Assembly: GCA_910592345.1 (NCBI GenBank)
Contig: CAJVPI010000071.1
Coordinates: 1 to 61,339 of the forward strand
Length of the DNA: 61,339 nt
Reading direction: 5' to 3'
Origin: Paraglomus brasilianum
Taxonomy: Eukaryota
In this document: one piece after another, positions 60,621-61,339 of the stretch
Layout of the letters: each line of letters begins with the position of its first letter
Numbering within the stretch: the first letter of the stretch is position 1
The notes under the pieces: model-generated
Database searches by the model: none
What the model was told of the DNA's origin: nothing
Seen by the model: only the letters and a program-made list of their open reading frames with translations
Translations under genes and position numbers: made by a program

Positions 60621-61339
60621 CAAAGGTATTCTATATTGCCGATGACCCGAAACCCGAAAAAAAATTATCCAAAATTTTCAAATCACAAGTCTACTATCAT
60701 ATATCAGTCTTGAATAATAATTACCAATGACTGATTTCTTAAAAACAATAATGTAGACACGCTTGTGCTAATCTTTCAAGAAATTGTTTAGCTTATAATT
60801 TTGAGTTGTAGGCTTTCCCTTTTTCCAACAATTTAAATGTTCTGGATTGCAAATTCCGTTACTATGTTGTTTGCAACTAGCAGACATAGATAACGTATAA
60901 AAATAAATCGCTTTTCATATAGCCTAAATACTACATAGTTTAATCCAAGCAGTTTATATGCTGCACATCGATATGCGATATTTAAAGTAGACAGTTCCGT
61001 ATAAATTAGTAAAGAGAGTCTCTGCAACGCCTAATAAATAACAAAAGAATTAATTCAAATAAACCACCAATAGAAGATTTTGAATCGTGTATAACAAGCG
61101 ATCACATAAACTATTCTACTCACCTCGCTTTAGCGTTTTACTCGTCATAGAAAACTAGAAAACATACCGATTATGAAACACTAGCCATATAAATGTTGTA
61201 TATAATTTGCGTCACTATATAATTCCCGGAATTATATATATAATTGGTGGCCGATCACCCCGAAACCTGATTTACATATATAATTTGTGACTGATGACCC
61301 CCAAATATATCGTTGATACGATGATTGTTAAAATGTAAG

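Overview
Eukaryotic, intron-rich fungal DNA with short GT-AG introns and AT-rich intergenic sequence. It is most consistent with an arbuscular-mycorrhizal (Glomeromycotina, e.g. Paraglomus-like) or related Mucoromycota genome; this taxonomy is inferred from a MATA-type HMG gene and AMF-type repeat and pseudogene families. Conserved genes in order: CRT10-like WD40 (-), prephenate dehydratase PHA2 (+), 2-oxoglutarate dehydrogenase E1 KGD1 (-), RPS15 (-) head-to-head with MRD1 (+), V-ATPase c' VMA11 (-), a 1661-aa single-exon disordered protein (-), VPS41 (+) and AP-3 beta APL6 (+). A ~13.5-kb accessory block between VPS41 and APL6 holds an intronless soluble phosphatidylserine-decarboxylase-family gene (preceded by a perfect 27-bp inverted repeat and a 125-bp repeat array), a small two-TM protein, pseudogene fragments and an intronless MATA_HMG gene. 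Intergenic regions carry decayed pogo and Tc1/mariner elements, a MITE-like family (one copy with an 8-bp TSD) and a tRNA-Asp relic. The most notable signals are the PSD-family island and a candidate chain of stop-introducing microexons inside MRD1 intron 2. All gene models were spliced by eye and no database search was run.
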